Source: Alphaproteobacteria bacterium (lineage in GTDB: Bacteria > Pseudomonadota > Alphaproteobacteria > UBA828). From it: 64,000 nt of DNA. A program made the position numbers and the translations under genes. The notes under the pieces were generated by a model that saw only the letters and a program-made list of their open reading frames with translations, was not told the DNA's origin and searched no databases. This document shows positions 1 through 10,065 of the stretch, one piece after another. The stretch's first letter is position 1; every line of letters begins with the position of its first letter. The stretch spans positions 128,001 through 192,000 of the forward strand of contig CAXXVO010000012.1 of the NCBI GenBank assembly GCA_963422645.2. Direction: 5' to 3'.

Positions 1-138
1 GCGGTCATCGGCGGCGTGGCTGTCAAAGGGAATGAGGTTGGAAAAGTAGGTGAAGGTGTCGTCCGAGATCAGGACGGCGAAGCAGCTGTTGCCGATCGAG
101 ACCGCCTCTGGAGGGCACATTGGGAGGGTACTGGGCAT
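1..138 (-). CDS. N-terminal part of a putative transposase of the unclassified IS whose end lies at 277-294; runs off the window
   Basis: ATG at 138 opens MPSTLPMCPPEAVSIGNSCFAVLISDDTFTYFSNLIPFDSHAADDR with no stop before base 1; lies just inside the terminal repeat at 277-294. Confidence 0.5.
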   Translation of the reverse strand, partial: MPSTLPMCPPEAVSIGNSCFAVLISDDTFTYFSNLIPFDSHAADDR

Positions 139-276
139 GGTTGAGACCGTGCAATTGGTATCAAATTATAATATCAGACCTCGGGCGCGACACCCAGCGA
201 AAAACCGCCTGAAACAACCGAAATGTATCAGAATTCAAGGAGTTCCCGGCACGCTGCCCAGAACAGCCAGCATCAC

Positions 277-294
277 GAGGTCAGGAAGTCTGAG
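277..294 (-). repeat. Terminal inverted repeat of an unclassified IS (left end; element extends leftwards out of the window)
   Basis: GAGGTCAGGAAGTCTGAG is the exact reverse complement of CTCAGACTTCCTGACCTC at 55875-55892, which overlaps the stop (RGQEV*) of the split transposase there. Confidence 0.7.
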
Positions 295-359
295 TTTAGC
301 GCGTGCATTCGGTGCGATCGTGTTAGTGCGCGCGTTCCGCGCGACGCCGGCCGAGACCC

Positions 360-803
360 TCACTCAGCGTCAACCTCGATCATCAGCCGGCAATGGTCGC
401 TCGGACCCCATTCGTCCGCCCTGTTGAGCGCGCGCACCTTCACCCGTTCGTGGAAGCCGCGCGAGGCGATGGCGTAGTCGAACTGGCGGTTGGCCTCTTC
501 CGGCTTGCGCCCGGTTTGCACCCACGTCGGCACGTTCTTCGTGTCGGGCGGCACGTCGGGTTGAGGCCCGGAGGGCTGCCATCCATGCGGCGCCTGCGGG
601 CCCAGGAGTTCCAGGCCGAGCGCCGCCACCCGGTCCCAAAAGGCGCGCTCGCGCTCGGGCAGCGCCAGTGTGTTGCCCGTCGCGCCATAGATCATGTTCA
701 GATCGCCCGCCGCGAGAATGCGGTGCCGGGACGGGTCCTCGTGGCCGATTAACCCGCATTTCTCACCACCAACACGGTTGGGCGCGCCGTCGCGCATAAC
801 CAT
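360..803 (-). pseudogene. Endonuclease/exonuclease/phosphatase (EEP) family, C-terminal half only
   Basis: ILAAGDLN, QFDYAIAS and GPSDH motifs; N-terminal half of the fold is missing. Confidence 0.65.
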
Positions 804-1649
804 TTCATTTCAATAGCTTGGGAGAAGACACGAGCGTGCGCCCGACGCCGGAACGAGGAAAATAATCACCCAGTAACCACCCCGAAGTAAACTCCAGACC
901 ACTCCTGACCTCAAAAGCCCGCGGAAACCCTGGCAGCGGGATCGCCGCCCCGTCCTCCGCAGCCGCGCACGGCCCAGCCATGCCGTCGCCCATCCGGGCC
1001 TCGGCGGCGCCGCAGGGCCGCCCGGCCCGGCGGCGTGCGGCCCCCCGCCTGCAACCCGCATCACGATCCTTGCTCCGCGCCGGCGCCCTCACGCCGGCAG
1101 GAGGGAGAGCCCGGCCTGAAGCGGGGCGCGGCGTGCGGCGTCCGGCGAGAGGCGTCCTCGCCGCTTCCACTCACAGGCTAGCGGGAGGCGGCACATGCAG
1201 ATCAACGGCACACTCCATGGAAACGCCCGAACCTACCTCACCCACCTGTTCGGGCAAGGGCTCGATGACCAGCGCTACGTGGTCGAGCGGTACCTGTCCG
1301 ACTACTAGGGCCAGATCCGGCCCTGGCGGCCCGGCAAGGGATCGAAGGGCGGACGCAAGCAGGCGCGCAAGGCGATGAGCTTGCGGGCCGTTCAGCGGCT
1401 GCGGCCCGAGCGCCACGAGGTCATCGTCTGCACCGGGGTCAACCTGACGGACTCGGGCATGCAAATGTGGGGGAGCTACGCGGCGGGCATTTTCGTCGAC
1501 GCCCGGCGCCGCTGATCCACCGTCGGCGGGGTGTCCGCTGCGGGCGCCCCGCCGCCTCTTCGTCTCTCCCTGCCGTCTTCAACGACCGGGCTCGCCATGG
1601 CACGATGCGTCTCGATCCCCGGCATCAGCCCTCTATCCCGGACACGACC

Positions 1650-1933
1650 ATGCCCGAAGCCGATCTTCTGCAAGCCTGCCTCGACGAGCTCGACGGCTTC
1701 GACGACTTCCTCGACCGAAGGGAGCTGGCGGAGGAGCACGCGCCGGTGCTTCTCGGCAGGACGGGCATCGCTTCCATGCTCGCCGCCCGCATCGCGCGGA
1801 CCGCGGACCCGGAGCGCAACGCTCCGCTCGACCTGTTCGGGGTCCTGGTCGAACGGGCGCAACGCGATGCCGAGAACCGACGCCGCTTCGGCGAGCCCTT
1901 CCTCGCCGAGGCGCGCGGCGCCATCGATACCCA
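1650..1933 (+). pseudogene. Hypothetical protein fragment, cut at its junction with the partial transposon copy
   Basis: MPEADLLQACLDELDGFDD... reads like a real protein until ~1934, where the sequence switches to the primase gene of the 55975-61163 element. Confidence 0.4.
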
Positions 1934-2261
1934 GCCTGCGGCTGCCAAGGCCCAGTCCCCGCGCCTGGCCCAGGGTCCGGGACGCCCTCATCCGCCAACG
2001 CGCTATCGGCACCGACGTGCTCGAAGCCTGCCACGGCCGAGGCCTCCTCTACGCCGATGACAGGATCAACGCCGTCTTCATCTGCCGAAACGCCAGCGGG
2101 CACACGACCGGCGCCGAGATCCTCGGCACCGCGCCGCAGCCCGGAACAAAACAGTCATGGTCCCCGCGGTTCTGAGCCACCCCGTGGCATGAAACAGGAG
2201 CGGTTCGGCTGACGTTTTCCTTGCGCTTGCACCCATTTGCCGTGTCAGGATGGGTATTGGC

Positions 2262-2438
2262 GGAGGTGGGGACGTGTGAGCGTCGTTATATCGGTGACGT
2301 AGTTCCCGATGACAAAACTGCTTCCGGCGGCCGGCTCCGCACCCCGTATTGTACCCGGCCCGTGGCCGTGGACGCGCGGCAAATTGCACCGCACCCGCTC
2401 GTCGGATGCGTGTTCTTCCGACCGCTGTCCCCGCCTCC
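2262..2438 (+). ncRNA. Candidate bridge/seek-type RNA in the IS110 5' non-coding end
   Basis: Closing stem GGAGGTGGGGAC (2262-2273)/GTCCCCGCCTCC (2427-2438), inner hairpins 2290-2310 and 2401-2422, short matches to target and donor; IS110 elements are known to encode such RNAs. Confidence 0.5.
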
Positions 2439-2503
2439 ACCGTGGCGATGCCACGGCGTGATCGTACGCCGCCGTGGCGAGAGCGCAAATGAGGAGGAAG
2501 GCG

Positions 2504-3754
2504 ATGAAGACGGAAGGCTTGCACGTCGTCCGGCCGCGCGCGGCGGGTCTGGACGTGCACAAGATGGAGATCACCGCGACGGTTCGCCTCTGTGAGGGCG
2601 AGGGTGAGCCGGTGGTGGAGACGCGCTGCTTCGGCACGCTGCCGAGCGGTCTGGAGGAGATGGTCGCGTGGCTGACCGGTCACGGCGTCGAGGCTGCGGT
2701 GATGGAAGGGACCGGGGTCTACTGGCAGGCGCCCTTCGCGGCCCTGGAGGCGGCCGGGCTCGAGGCGATCCTGGTGCATGCGCGTCAGGTGAAGCAGTTG
2801 AAGGGGCGCAAGACCGACGTGGCGGACAGCGTGTGGCTGGCCTGCGTGTGCCAGTTCGGGCTCTGCACGCCTTCCCACGTTCCGCCTGAGCCGTTCCGGG
2901 AGCTGCGCGCACTGAGCCGCCAGCGCCGCGTCCTGGTCAGGCAGCGCTCCGCCGTGCGCAACCGCGTGCAGAAGATCATCGACCGCGCCGGTGCGCGCAT
3001 CGGCGGCATCCTCTCCGACGTCTTCGGCGTCAACGGCCGGAAGATCCTCGACGGCCTGGCGCAGGGGACGGCGCGCGAGGTCATCCTCGCCTCGCTCACC
3101 AGCCACGTTGCGAACAAGCTGGAGGGGCTCGGCGAGGCGCTCACCCTGAGCCTGGGCGACAACGACCGCTTCATGCTCAACGACCTGCTGGAGGAGCATG
3201 ACGCGCTTGAGGCGCGCATCGCGTCCTACACCAGGAAGATCGACGGGCAGATGACACCGTGGGAGGAGCAGCTCCGTCTGCTGACCACCATCCCCGGCAT
3301 CGACCGCACCGCCGCCTCGACCATCCTCATCGAGATCGGCCCCGACATCGGCGTGTTCGCCTCCAAGGAGCACTTCGCCGCCTGGGCCGGGCTCTGCCCC
3401 GGCAACAACGAGAGCGGGGGCAAGCGCCGCAACGCACGCACCCGCATGGGCTCCAAGACCCTGCGCGCCTGCCTCGTCGAGTGTGCCCACGGCGCGGCCC
3501 GAACCAAGGGGTGCCAGTTCGAGGCTCATCACCGCGCCCTCGCCGCCCGGCGCGGCTACAAGCGCGCCATCGTCGCCGGCGCTCACAAGATGCTGCGCAT
3601 CATCTATGTGGTGCTCAAGACCGGCAGGCCCTACTACGACCGCACGGCCGACTACGACGCTCTGATGGTCAAGCGCAACGCTCCTCGGTGGATCCGCATG
3701 CTCCGCCGCTACGGCTACATCGAGCCCGTAGGCGCGGAACTCAAGGCCGCCTGA
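2504..3754 (+). CDS. IS110-family recombinase/transposase
   Basis: DEDD RuvC-like motifs GLDVHK, MEGTG, KTDVADS; NESGGK serine motif; GAGGAGG SD before ATG 2504. Confidence 0.95.
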   Translation: MKTEGLHVVRPRAAGLDVHKMEITATVRLCEGEGEPVVETRCFGTLPSGLEEMVAWLTGHGVEAAVMEGTGVYWQAPFAALEAAGLEAILVHARQVKQLKGRKTDVADSVWLACVCQFGLCTPSHVPPEPFRELRALSRQRRVLVRQRSAVRNRVQKIIDRAGARIGGILSDVFGVNGRKILDGLAQGTAREVILASLTSHVANKLEGLGEALTLSLGDNDRFMLNDLLEEHDALEARIASYTRKIDGQMTPWEEQLRLLTTIPGIDRTAASTILIEIGPDIGVFASKEHFAAWAGLCPGNNESGGKRRNARTRMGSKTLRACLVECAHGAARTKGCQFEAHHRALAARRGYKRAIVAGAHKMLRIIYVVLKTGRPYYDRTADYDALMVKRNAPRWIRMLRRYGYIEPVGAELKAA

Positions 3755-4378
3755 GCGGCCCGCATCTCGTCAGCCGGCTACGCGGGACCGCTTCGGACCA
3801 CATCGGGGAAGTCCACCGCTCGTCTCCGCCGCGCCGACCCTGGCGGTCTCAGCCAACGCCGTGACCTCGGGGTTGGAGCGTCACCGCGCGTCCCTCGCCA
3901 GAATCTGTTTCACGGCAAACGCTTCAGGGGCATGGCCCCGGGATCGCGCAAGGCGCGTGGCGGCTTCTGGCTCCACTGCGACCGAAACCAGCCCGCCCTC
4001 GTCATCCTCACCGAGAGCGCCGTCGACGCCATCTCTGCACGAAGCCTGCGCGTCGAGGGGACGCGCGAGAACGGCGCCGTCGTCGCCTCAACCGCCGGCA
4101 TCGCCAGCTCGGTCCCGCCCTGGATCAAGGAGTGGAAGCCACGTCGCATCGTCTGTGCCTACGACGCAGACAGCGCCGGCGACACTGCCGCCGAGCATCT
4201 CGTGCTCAACGATCCAAGGGTGAAAAGGTTGCGCCCACGACACGCCAAGGACTGGAACGAGATGCTCCTGCGGTCTCGATGAAAGCCAGGCCACTCACCG
4301 CTCTCGCAGATCAACCAAGCGCCGCATCACGAACATCAAATAATCCGAAAACCGCACCATCAAATGCTGGGCGCACGC

Positions 4379-5755
4379 TCAGCGGAAGCCCCCGGAGATC
4401 TTCTGGCGCAGCTTCATCATCCGAAGGTCGCGCTCGGCCTCGTTGTTCGTGAACCCGACCTCGAGGTCGATCAGGAACCGGAGCACCGCGCATTTGTGGT
4501 CGCGCAGCCTCAAGGCCAGATTGTGACCGATCCTTCGCTTCCGGCGCTTCTTCCTCTTGCCAGGCGAGAACGGTGGTTGGCTCTCGTGAAAGGCCAGCGC
4601 ATCGGCGATGATCTCGTCGTATCGGCGCTCGATCAGCGCCACAAGCCTCGCCGGAACGGCGATATCCTTGTCCAGCGCGATGCGGGCGGCGCGATTGGCT
4701 CGGCGCAGGAGCTGCTGCATCCGCCGGGCCCAAGCCTCCCCTTCGATGTCCACCAGCGCCTGCAACTCCCGCAGGTGATGGGCGTTGCACAGGCCGTGCT
4801 CCACCCCTTCCATCGCGAAGTACGGCTTCCAGTGATCGTGCACGACGATGCCGGAGACACCCGAGAGCAGGGCGCCGCGCTTGCCGCTGACCCGGTACGC
4901 CGCCAGCAGCGGCGTGCAGATCACATGAAGCCACTGCGTCTGACCGCCGATCCGCAAGCCGGTCTCGTCCATGTGTTTCACCCGCGCCGTGCCCGCCGCC
5001 AGGTCCTGTATGTGCAAGGCCGCGTCCCGCAGCCGCTCGGCCGCCCTCTCGCTCATCGTCGCCAACGTCGCAGCCGTCACCGGCGCGCCGAAGAGCTCGG
5101 CCATCACCTGCGACAGCCGATCCTCCGGCAGGAAGTGAGCGTGCTGAAGGTAGACCGCCACCCCGGCAATGCGCGGGCCGTACTGCACCGGCGCCGACAC
5201 CCCGTCGGGGAACGCCGCCCGGGTCACCGTCCCGCAATGCCCGCAGCACTTGGCATGCGCCCGGTGCTCGGTCACCTCCAGGGGGCTCGGCTCGGGCAGA
5301 TCGAACACCTGGCGGGCGACGGGCGTTCCCGCCCTGGCCGCGTCCGAAAGCGGCGAACCGCATCCCTTGCAGGAAGCCGGGACGTGATCCTTCACCCGAT
5401 CCGGGTGATCGGCGCGGCGCAGCGTCTTGCCCTTGTGGCCGGGCTGGCCACCGGGCTTGCGGCCCGATTTGCCGCGCAGGCTTCGGGTTCGCCGCTTCGA
5501 ATTCGGCTTCCTCAGCCCATCGCTCGAAGGCGGCTTGCCGCTGTTGCCGCTGTTGAGGCCGAGACGGCGCTCCAACTCCTCGATGCGCTCGACGAGACGC
5601 GCGACTTGCTCTTCCAGCCGCGCGTTCTGCTGCCGAAGCCAGGCATTTTCCTCCCGAAGCCGGGCGTTCTCCTCCTCCAGGCGGGCGATCTTCTGCGCGG
5701 GCGTTTCGGGCGCTGCTCCCGTCGAAGGGCCGCGCGGCGACTCGGGATTGCTCAT
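4379..5755 (-). pseudogene. IS66 transposase TnpC, C-terminally truncated
   Basis: Coiled coil, NSGKPPSSD, GGQPGHKG, CxxC zinc motifs, HMDETG, CNAHHLREL, TNNEAERDLR. Confidence 0.9.
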
Positions 5756-5869
5756 GTCGTTGTTGAGTCATTTCCCGAAATTCCCGTCAAGCCCTTTCCA
5801 CCAACTCCGAACGAGAAACGCCTCAATCCACTGGCCCAAAATGACAAATCAGACGACCTGGGCAGTTAC
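4382..5869 (-). mobile_element. IS66-family element (single-ORF type), 3' end removed at the transposon junction
   Basis: Left end GTAACTGCCCAGG at 5869 (minus strand); transposase stops abruptly at KISGGFR where the TG...CA element abuts. Confidence 0.85.
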
Positions 5870-6975
5870 GACTCGGGAGAAAGCGGAGCAGGCCGAGGCT
5901 GCGGCAGATAGAGCAGACGAAGCGCGGCCAGGATCGCCGTAAAGACCACCATCGCGCCCACCTGATGCGCCGCGCCGAGCGGCACCGGCACGAAGGTGAG
6001 CAAGGTGACGATCCCGAGAACGAACTGGCCGAGCACCGCCCCTGCCGCCGCGTGAAGTGCGACCCGGGCTGGCGACGGCCCCAGCCAACGCACCGCGGCG
6101 GCCCAGAGCAGGATCACGACCAGAGCGGTGAGCATCGCCAGCAGGCGGTGGTCGAGCTGCACCAGCGGCACGTTCTCGAAGAAGTTCCGCCACAGCGGCT
6201 CGATCAGGAAGATGTCCGGCGGCACGATGGCATCGGCCATCAGCGGGAAGGTGTTGTAGGCGAGACCCGCGTCGTTGCCGGCGACGAAGGCGCCCGAGAT
6301 GATCGTCAGGAACACCAGTCCCGTGGCTCCCCACACGGCGGCCCGCCACCGGCCTGCCAGCCGGACGCGCTCGACCGCGCCTCCCATCAAGAGACCGAGC
6401 GCGACCCAGATCAGGCAGCCGTAGATTGCCACCGCGAGGCCGAGATGGGCGGCGAGCCGGTAGGGGCTGACGTCGGGGCGGTCCACCAGCCCGCTCTGCA
6501 CCATGTACCAGCCGAGCAGCCCTTGAAGCCCGCCTAGAATCCCGATGGCGAGCACCTTGAGCGCCAGCGTCCGGTCGAAGGCGCGTCGGATCAGGAACCA
6601 GAGGAAGGGCAGCGCAAAGGCAATGCCGACGATGCGCCCCAGCAGCCGGTGCGCGTATTCGAGCCAGAAGATTCCCTTGAACTCGTCGAGGCTCATGCCC
6701 CGATTGATTTCCTGATACTCGGGGAAGCGCCGGTAATCGGCGAAGAGCGCCTGCCACGCCTCCTCGCCGAAGGGCGGCAGCACCCCCACCAGCGGCCGCC
6801 AGTCCACGATCGAGAGCCCGGCGTGGTGGAGACGCGTGATCCCGCCGAGCACGACCATCGCGAGCACGAGGCCGGCCAGCGCCAGCAGCCAGCAGGCGAC
6901 GCTACGGCGGCGTCGCGCGGCCCGCTCGGGTGCGACGCCGCTGCGGCGGGCAGGCCGGAGGGCCGCGGCGTCCAC
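5866..6975 (-). CDS. ctaA: Heme A synthase (COX15/CtaA)
   Basis: GGITRL-AGLSI, IFWLEYAHRLLGR, GWYMVQSGL, VSPYRLAAHL, multiple TM helices. Confidence 0.92.
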   Translation of the reverse strand: MDAAALRPARRSGVAPERAARRRRSVACWLLALAGLVLAMVVLGGITRLHHAGLSIVDWRPLVGVLPPFGEEAWQALFADYRRFPEYQEINRGMSLDEFKGIFWLEYAHRLLGRIVGIAFALPFLWFLIRRAFDRTLALKVLAIGILGGLQGLLGWYMVQSGLVDRPDVSPYRLAAHLGLAVAIYGCLIWVALGLLMGGAVERVRLAGRWRAAVWGATGLVFLTIISGAFVAGNDAGLAYNTFPLMADAIVPPDIFLIEPLWRNFFENVPLVQLDHRLLAMLTALVVILLWAAAVRWLGPSPARVALHAAAGAVLGQFVLGIVTLLTFVPVPLGAAHQVGAMVVFTAILAALRLLYLPQPRPAPLSPES

Positions 6976-7016
6976 GCCTGATTCGGGAGGTGTCGGCGAA
7001 AGCGGCTGCGGGCGCG

Positions 7017-8321
7017 TCAGGCGCCGGGATGCTGGGCGGAGCTGTCGATATCTCCTGCCCCGTCCGCATCACTCACGCCGCCCGCATCGTCGCGACGCGG
7101 ATAGCGCTTCGCCACGTAGTCGGCGACGATCTTCTGGAACTCCTCGGCGATGCCCGCACCGCGCAGCGTCAACGCCTTCTTGCCATCGATGAAGACCGGT
7201 GCCGCCGGCGCCTCGCCGGTCCCCGGCAGGCTGATGCCGATATCGGCATGCTTGCTCTCGCCAGGGCCGTTGACGATGCAGCCCATGACGGCGAGTTGCA
7301 TGGTCTCGACCCCTTCATAGTTCTCGCGCCAGAGCGGCATCTGCCGGCGCACGTAGTCCTGAATTCGCTCGGCGAGCTGCTGGAACACCGTGCTCGTGGT
7401 GCGCCCGCAGCCGGGGCACGCCGCCACAAGGGGCACGAAGGAGCGGAACCCCATGGTCTGGAGAATTTCCTGCGCGACGATCACCTCCTGGGTGCGGTCG
7501 CCGCCGGGCTCCGGCGTGAGCGAGATGCGGATGGTGTCGCCGATGCCCTGCTGGAGCAGGACCGAGAGCGCGGCGGTCGAGGCCACGATCCCCTTGGAGC
7601 CCATGCCCGCCTCGGTGAGCCCGAGATGGAGCGCGTAGTTGCTGCGCGCGCCGAGCTCGCCGTAGACCGCGATCAAATCCTGCACCTGCGAGACCTTGGC
7701 CGAGATCACGATCTTGTCTCGCGCGAGCCCGATCTCTTCGGCCAGCGCCGCGCTGCGCAGCCCCGACTCGACCAGCGCTTCGCGCATGACCCCGGCGGCA
7801 TCCTTGGGCTCGGGCCGGGCCGCGTTCCGGTCCATGAGCTGGGCCAGCAGGTCCTGGTCGAGGCTGCCCCAGTTGACCCCGATGCGCACCGGCCGGTCGT
7901 ACTTGAGCGCGACCTCGATCATGGTCTGAAATTGCCGGTCGCGCTTCTCGCGAAAGCCGACGTTACCCGGATTGATCCGGTACTTGGCCAGCGCCTCGGC
8001 GCACGCCGGATACTCGGTGAGCAGCCGATGGCCGTTGTAGTGAAAGTCGCCCACCAGCGGCACTTGGCAGCCGGCCGCCTCCAGCCGCTCCCGGATGTCC
8101 GGCACCGCGGCGGCAGCCTTCGGCGTGTTGACGGTGATGCGCACGATCTCCGAGCCCGTGTCGGCCAGCGCCATGACCTGCTCCGCCGTGGCGTGGGCGT
8201 CCTCGGTATCGGTATTGGTCATGGACTGGACAACGACCGGCGCGCCGCCGCCGATCGTGACGCTGCCGACCCGCACACCGACGCTCTCGCGCCGTCCCTC
8301 ACCGGAGCCATTCGTCGCCAT
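7017..8321 (-). CDS. ispG: (E)-4-hydroxy-3-methylbut-2-enyl-diphosphate synthase
   Basis: [44 protein letters not shown]. Confidence 0.97.
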   Translation of the reverse strand: MATNGSGEGRRESVGVRVGSVTIGGGAPVVVQSMTNTDTEDAHATAEQVMALADTGSEIVRITVNTPKAAAAVPDIRERLEAAGCQVPLVGDFHYNGHRLLTEYPACAEALAKYRINPGNVGFREKRDRQFQTMIEVALKYDRPVRIGVNWGSLDQDLLAQLMDRNAARPEPKDAAGVMREALVESGLRSAALAEEIGLARDKIVISAKVSQVQDLIAVYGELGARSNYALHLGLTEAGMGSKGIVASTAALSVLLQQGIGDTIRISLTPEPGGDRTQEVIVAQEILQTMGFRSFVPLVAACPGCGRTTSTVFQQLAERIQDYVRRQMPLWRENYEGVETMQLAVMGCIVNGPGESKHADIGISLPGTGEAPAAPVFIDGKKALTLRGAGIAEEFQKIVADYVAKRYPRRDDAGGVSDADGAGDIDSSAQHPGA

Positions 8322-8488
8322 ATCTGCTCCTCCAGCCGGTCAGGGACTCCATCGGCCGCTGTCTACCACAGCCCGCCTACGCCAGCCACCATACCGGCTA
8401 TCTCGAACTTCGGAGCCCGGATTCGGGCGTCCGACATGCACAAGTTCCGCGTCAACGCAGGTGCCTGAATCTCGCAATCTATGAACTA

Positions 8489-8851
8489 CTACGGGTCGAT
8501 CCGAACGATACGCTCACTGAACCAAGCAGTCAGTTCTTCGTACCCCATTTCGCCCTTGGCAACAGCGAGAATTATTTCGACGACTTCTTCGTCAGTTTCG
8601 ACGAATTCATAACCGCTGCGTTGCACCAATAGCTCGACCAAGTACAAAGCCGTACGCTTGTTCGCATCTATGAAGCCGTGATTGCAAACGACGCCGTGAA
8701 GCAGAGCGGCTGCCTTTTCCTGTATTCGTCGATGGTAACCGTCGTAGGGGCGGGCGAGCGCGGACAGAATGCCGTGTTCGTTCAGGAGGCCAAGTCTGCC
8801 GCCATCCTTCAGCGCTTCCTCGTGGCCATGAACCGCATCGGCCCACGTCAC
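8489..8851 (-). CDS. Doc/Fic-family toxin
   Basis: Fic-like motif HGFIDANKRTA; 120 aa; lower GC than flanks. Confidence 0.85.
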   Translation of the reverse strand: MTWADAVHGHEEALKDGGRLGLLNEHGILSALARPYDGYHRRIQEKAAALLHGVVCNHGFIDANKRTALYLVELLVQRSGYEFVETDEEVVEIILAVAKGEMGYEELTAWFSERIVRIDP

Positions 8852-8864
8852 CCGGTAATGCCTC

Positions 8865-9062
8865 TTACCGATTTGCCAGCACCTTCATGGCCTTTCTCCG
8901 CTTCACCGAGGTCTTTGTGATCACACGTTTGGAAGTCGGTGAAACAGGGAGCGTCTTGGGCTTAGTTGATGTGCCTCGCTTGTTCGAGATCGCAGGAGCG
9001 GCCTTGCTGTGACAGCTGGGCCTCGGGCCTCCTGACCGTGATGTGTTCTGCTTCTCTTGCAT
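8865..9062 (-). CDS. Small protein upstream of Doc toxin, probable antitoxin
   Basis: 65 aa, GAGGGG SD, directly upstream of the toxin, ends RRKAMKVLANR. Confidence 0.55.
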   Translation of the reverse strand: MQEKQNTSRSGGPRPSCHSKAAPAISNKRGTSTKPKTLPVSPTSKRVITKTSVKRRKAMKVLANR

Positions 9063-9166
9063 GACATTTCCCCTCTGACCGAAAAATGCACATCGTCGCG
9101 CGTCGTATCAAGTCCGGGAAAGGCGCTGTTGTGACCGCAGCTGACATCGGCGCCGCACCGCCTTCC

Positions 9167-9997
9167 CTACCCCAGCACCTTCTCCTTCGCGCGGTGGAGG
9201 AAGGCGGTGGCGGACGCGATGGTCTTCTCCGGGCACTCGACCAAATCGGCGTGGCCGATGTCCTCGTAGACGATCGCCTCGCAGCCCGGCACGTTGTCCA
9301 CGACCCATTGTGCACCGGCACCGTCCGGCCCGGTCAGTATGGGCGTGAGCATGTCCTTGGCCGCGGTAATGACCAGCGTCGGGTTCTTGATCTGCTTGCA
9401 GTCCTCGCGCAGGTCCATCTCCTCCATGGCGATGCAGGCCTGGACCACGGTCTCCACCGCGTTCAGCCCCACGATGGTGCGCACCATCTCGATCAACGGC
9501 TGGCCGTTGGGCCCGTCGAGGAAGTCGGCGCCGACGGCCTGGGTCACCACGTGATCGGCGAATTCCGGGCCGCAGCCCCAAGTCTGCGCCATGTGGCGCC
9601 AGGTGCGGAACATGATCCGGCGCATGGTGTCGCACTTCGCAAAGGCGCAGTCGCTGACCGCCCCGATGCAGCGGTCGGGATACTTCGCCGCGAACTTCAA
9701 CGCGATCATGCCGCCGGCCGAAGTCCCCATCACATGTGCGCGTTCGATCCGAAGCTCGTCGAGCAGCGCCGCCAGGTCGTCCGCCCAGATATCGAGGTCG
9801 TATTGCATCAAGGGGCGGTCGCTCTGGCCGTAGCCCCGCTGGTCGTAGCTGATCAGCTGAAAGGTTTCGGCGAGCCCCTCCCACACCATCGCGAAGTTCT
9901 GGCGCCCGAAGAGCGAGCCGCCGATCAGCGCCAACGGGTCGCCTTTGCCCATCAGCTCGTAGTACATATTGATTCCGTTGGCCATGACCTTCGGCAT
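9167..9997 (-). CDS. Alpha/beta hydrolase
   Basis: YDQRGYGQS, GTSAGG nucleophile elbow, C-terminal GH. Confidence 0.88.
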   Translation of the reverse strand: MPKVMANGINMYYELMGKGDPLALIGGSLFGRQNFAMVWEGLAETFQLISYDQRGYGQSDRPLMQYDLDIWADDLAALLDELRIERAHVMGTSAGGMIALKFAAKYPDRCIGAVSDCAFAKCDTMRRIMFRTWRHMAQTWGCGPEFADHVVTQAVGADFLDGPNGQPLIEMVRTIVGLNAVETVVQACIAMEEMDLREDCKQIKNPTLVITAAKDMLTPILTGPDGAGAQWVVDNVPGCEAIVYEDIGHADLVECPEKTIASATAFLHRAKEKVLG

Positions 9998-10065
9998 GAC
10001 GAAATTCTCCCCCTCAACAGCCCCCTTCGTCGGGGGCTCGGTTGCATGATGGCCCGAGAGCGCCC

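Larger units (their letters stand above)
2151..3918 (+). mobile_element. IS110-family insertion sequence, copy 1 (1,768 bp)
   Basis: Matches 32188-33955; ends ACAGTCATGG...CACGGCAA set by comparing both copies and the empty site near 56430-56445; only an AA core is shared, with no longer target duplication. Confidence 0.93.
1934..4381 (+). mobile_element. Truncated second copy (right end only) of the primase/helicase transposon, interrupted by IS110
   Basis: 1934-2150 and 3919-4381 match the reverse complement of ~55975-56655 (identical translations in the ORF track); ends in ...GGGCGCACGCTCA. Confidence 0.9.

Noticed and set aside
295-340. GTTAG-like motifs next to the IS end as an integron attC site
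   Set aside because: No proper RYYYAAC/GTTRRRY pair or attC stem, and no integron integrase in the window
893-912. Degenerate match (TCCAGACCACTCCTGACCTC) to the 277-294 terminal repeat
   Set aside because: Needs indels, and no partner end or transposase could be tied to it
980-1464. Short ORFs on both strands
   Set aside because: No recognisable motifs or convincing starts; likely decayed sequence
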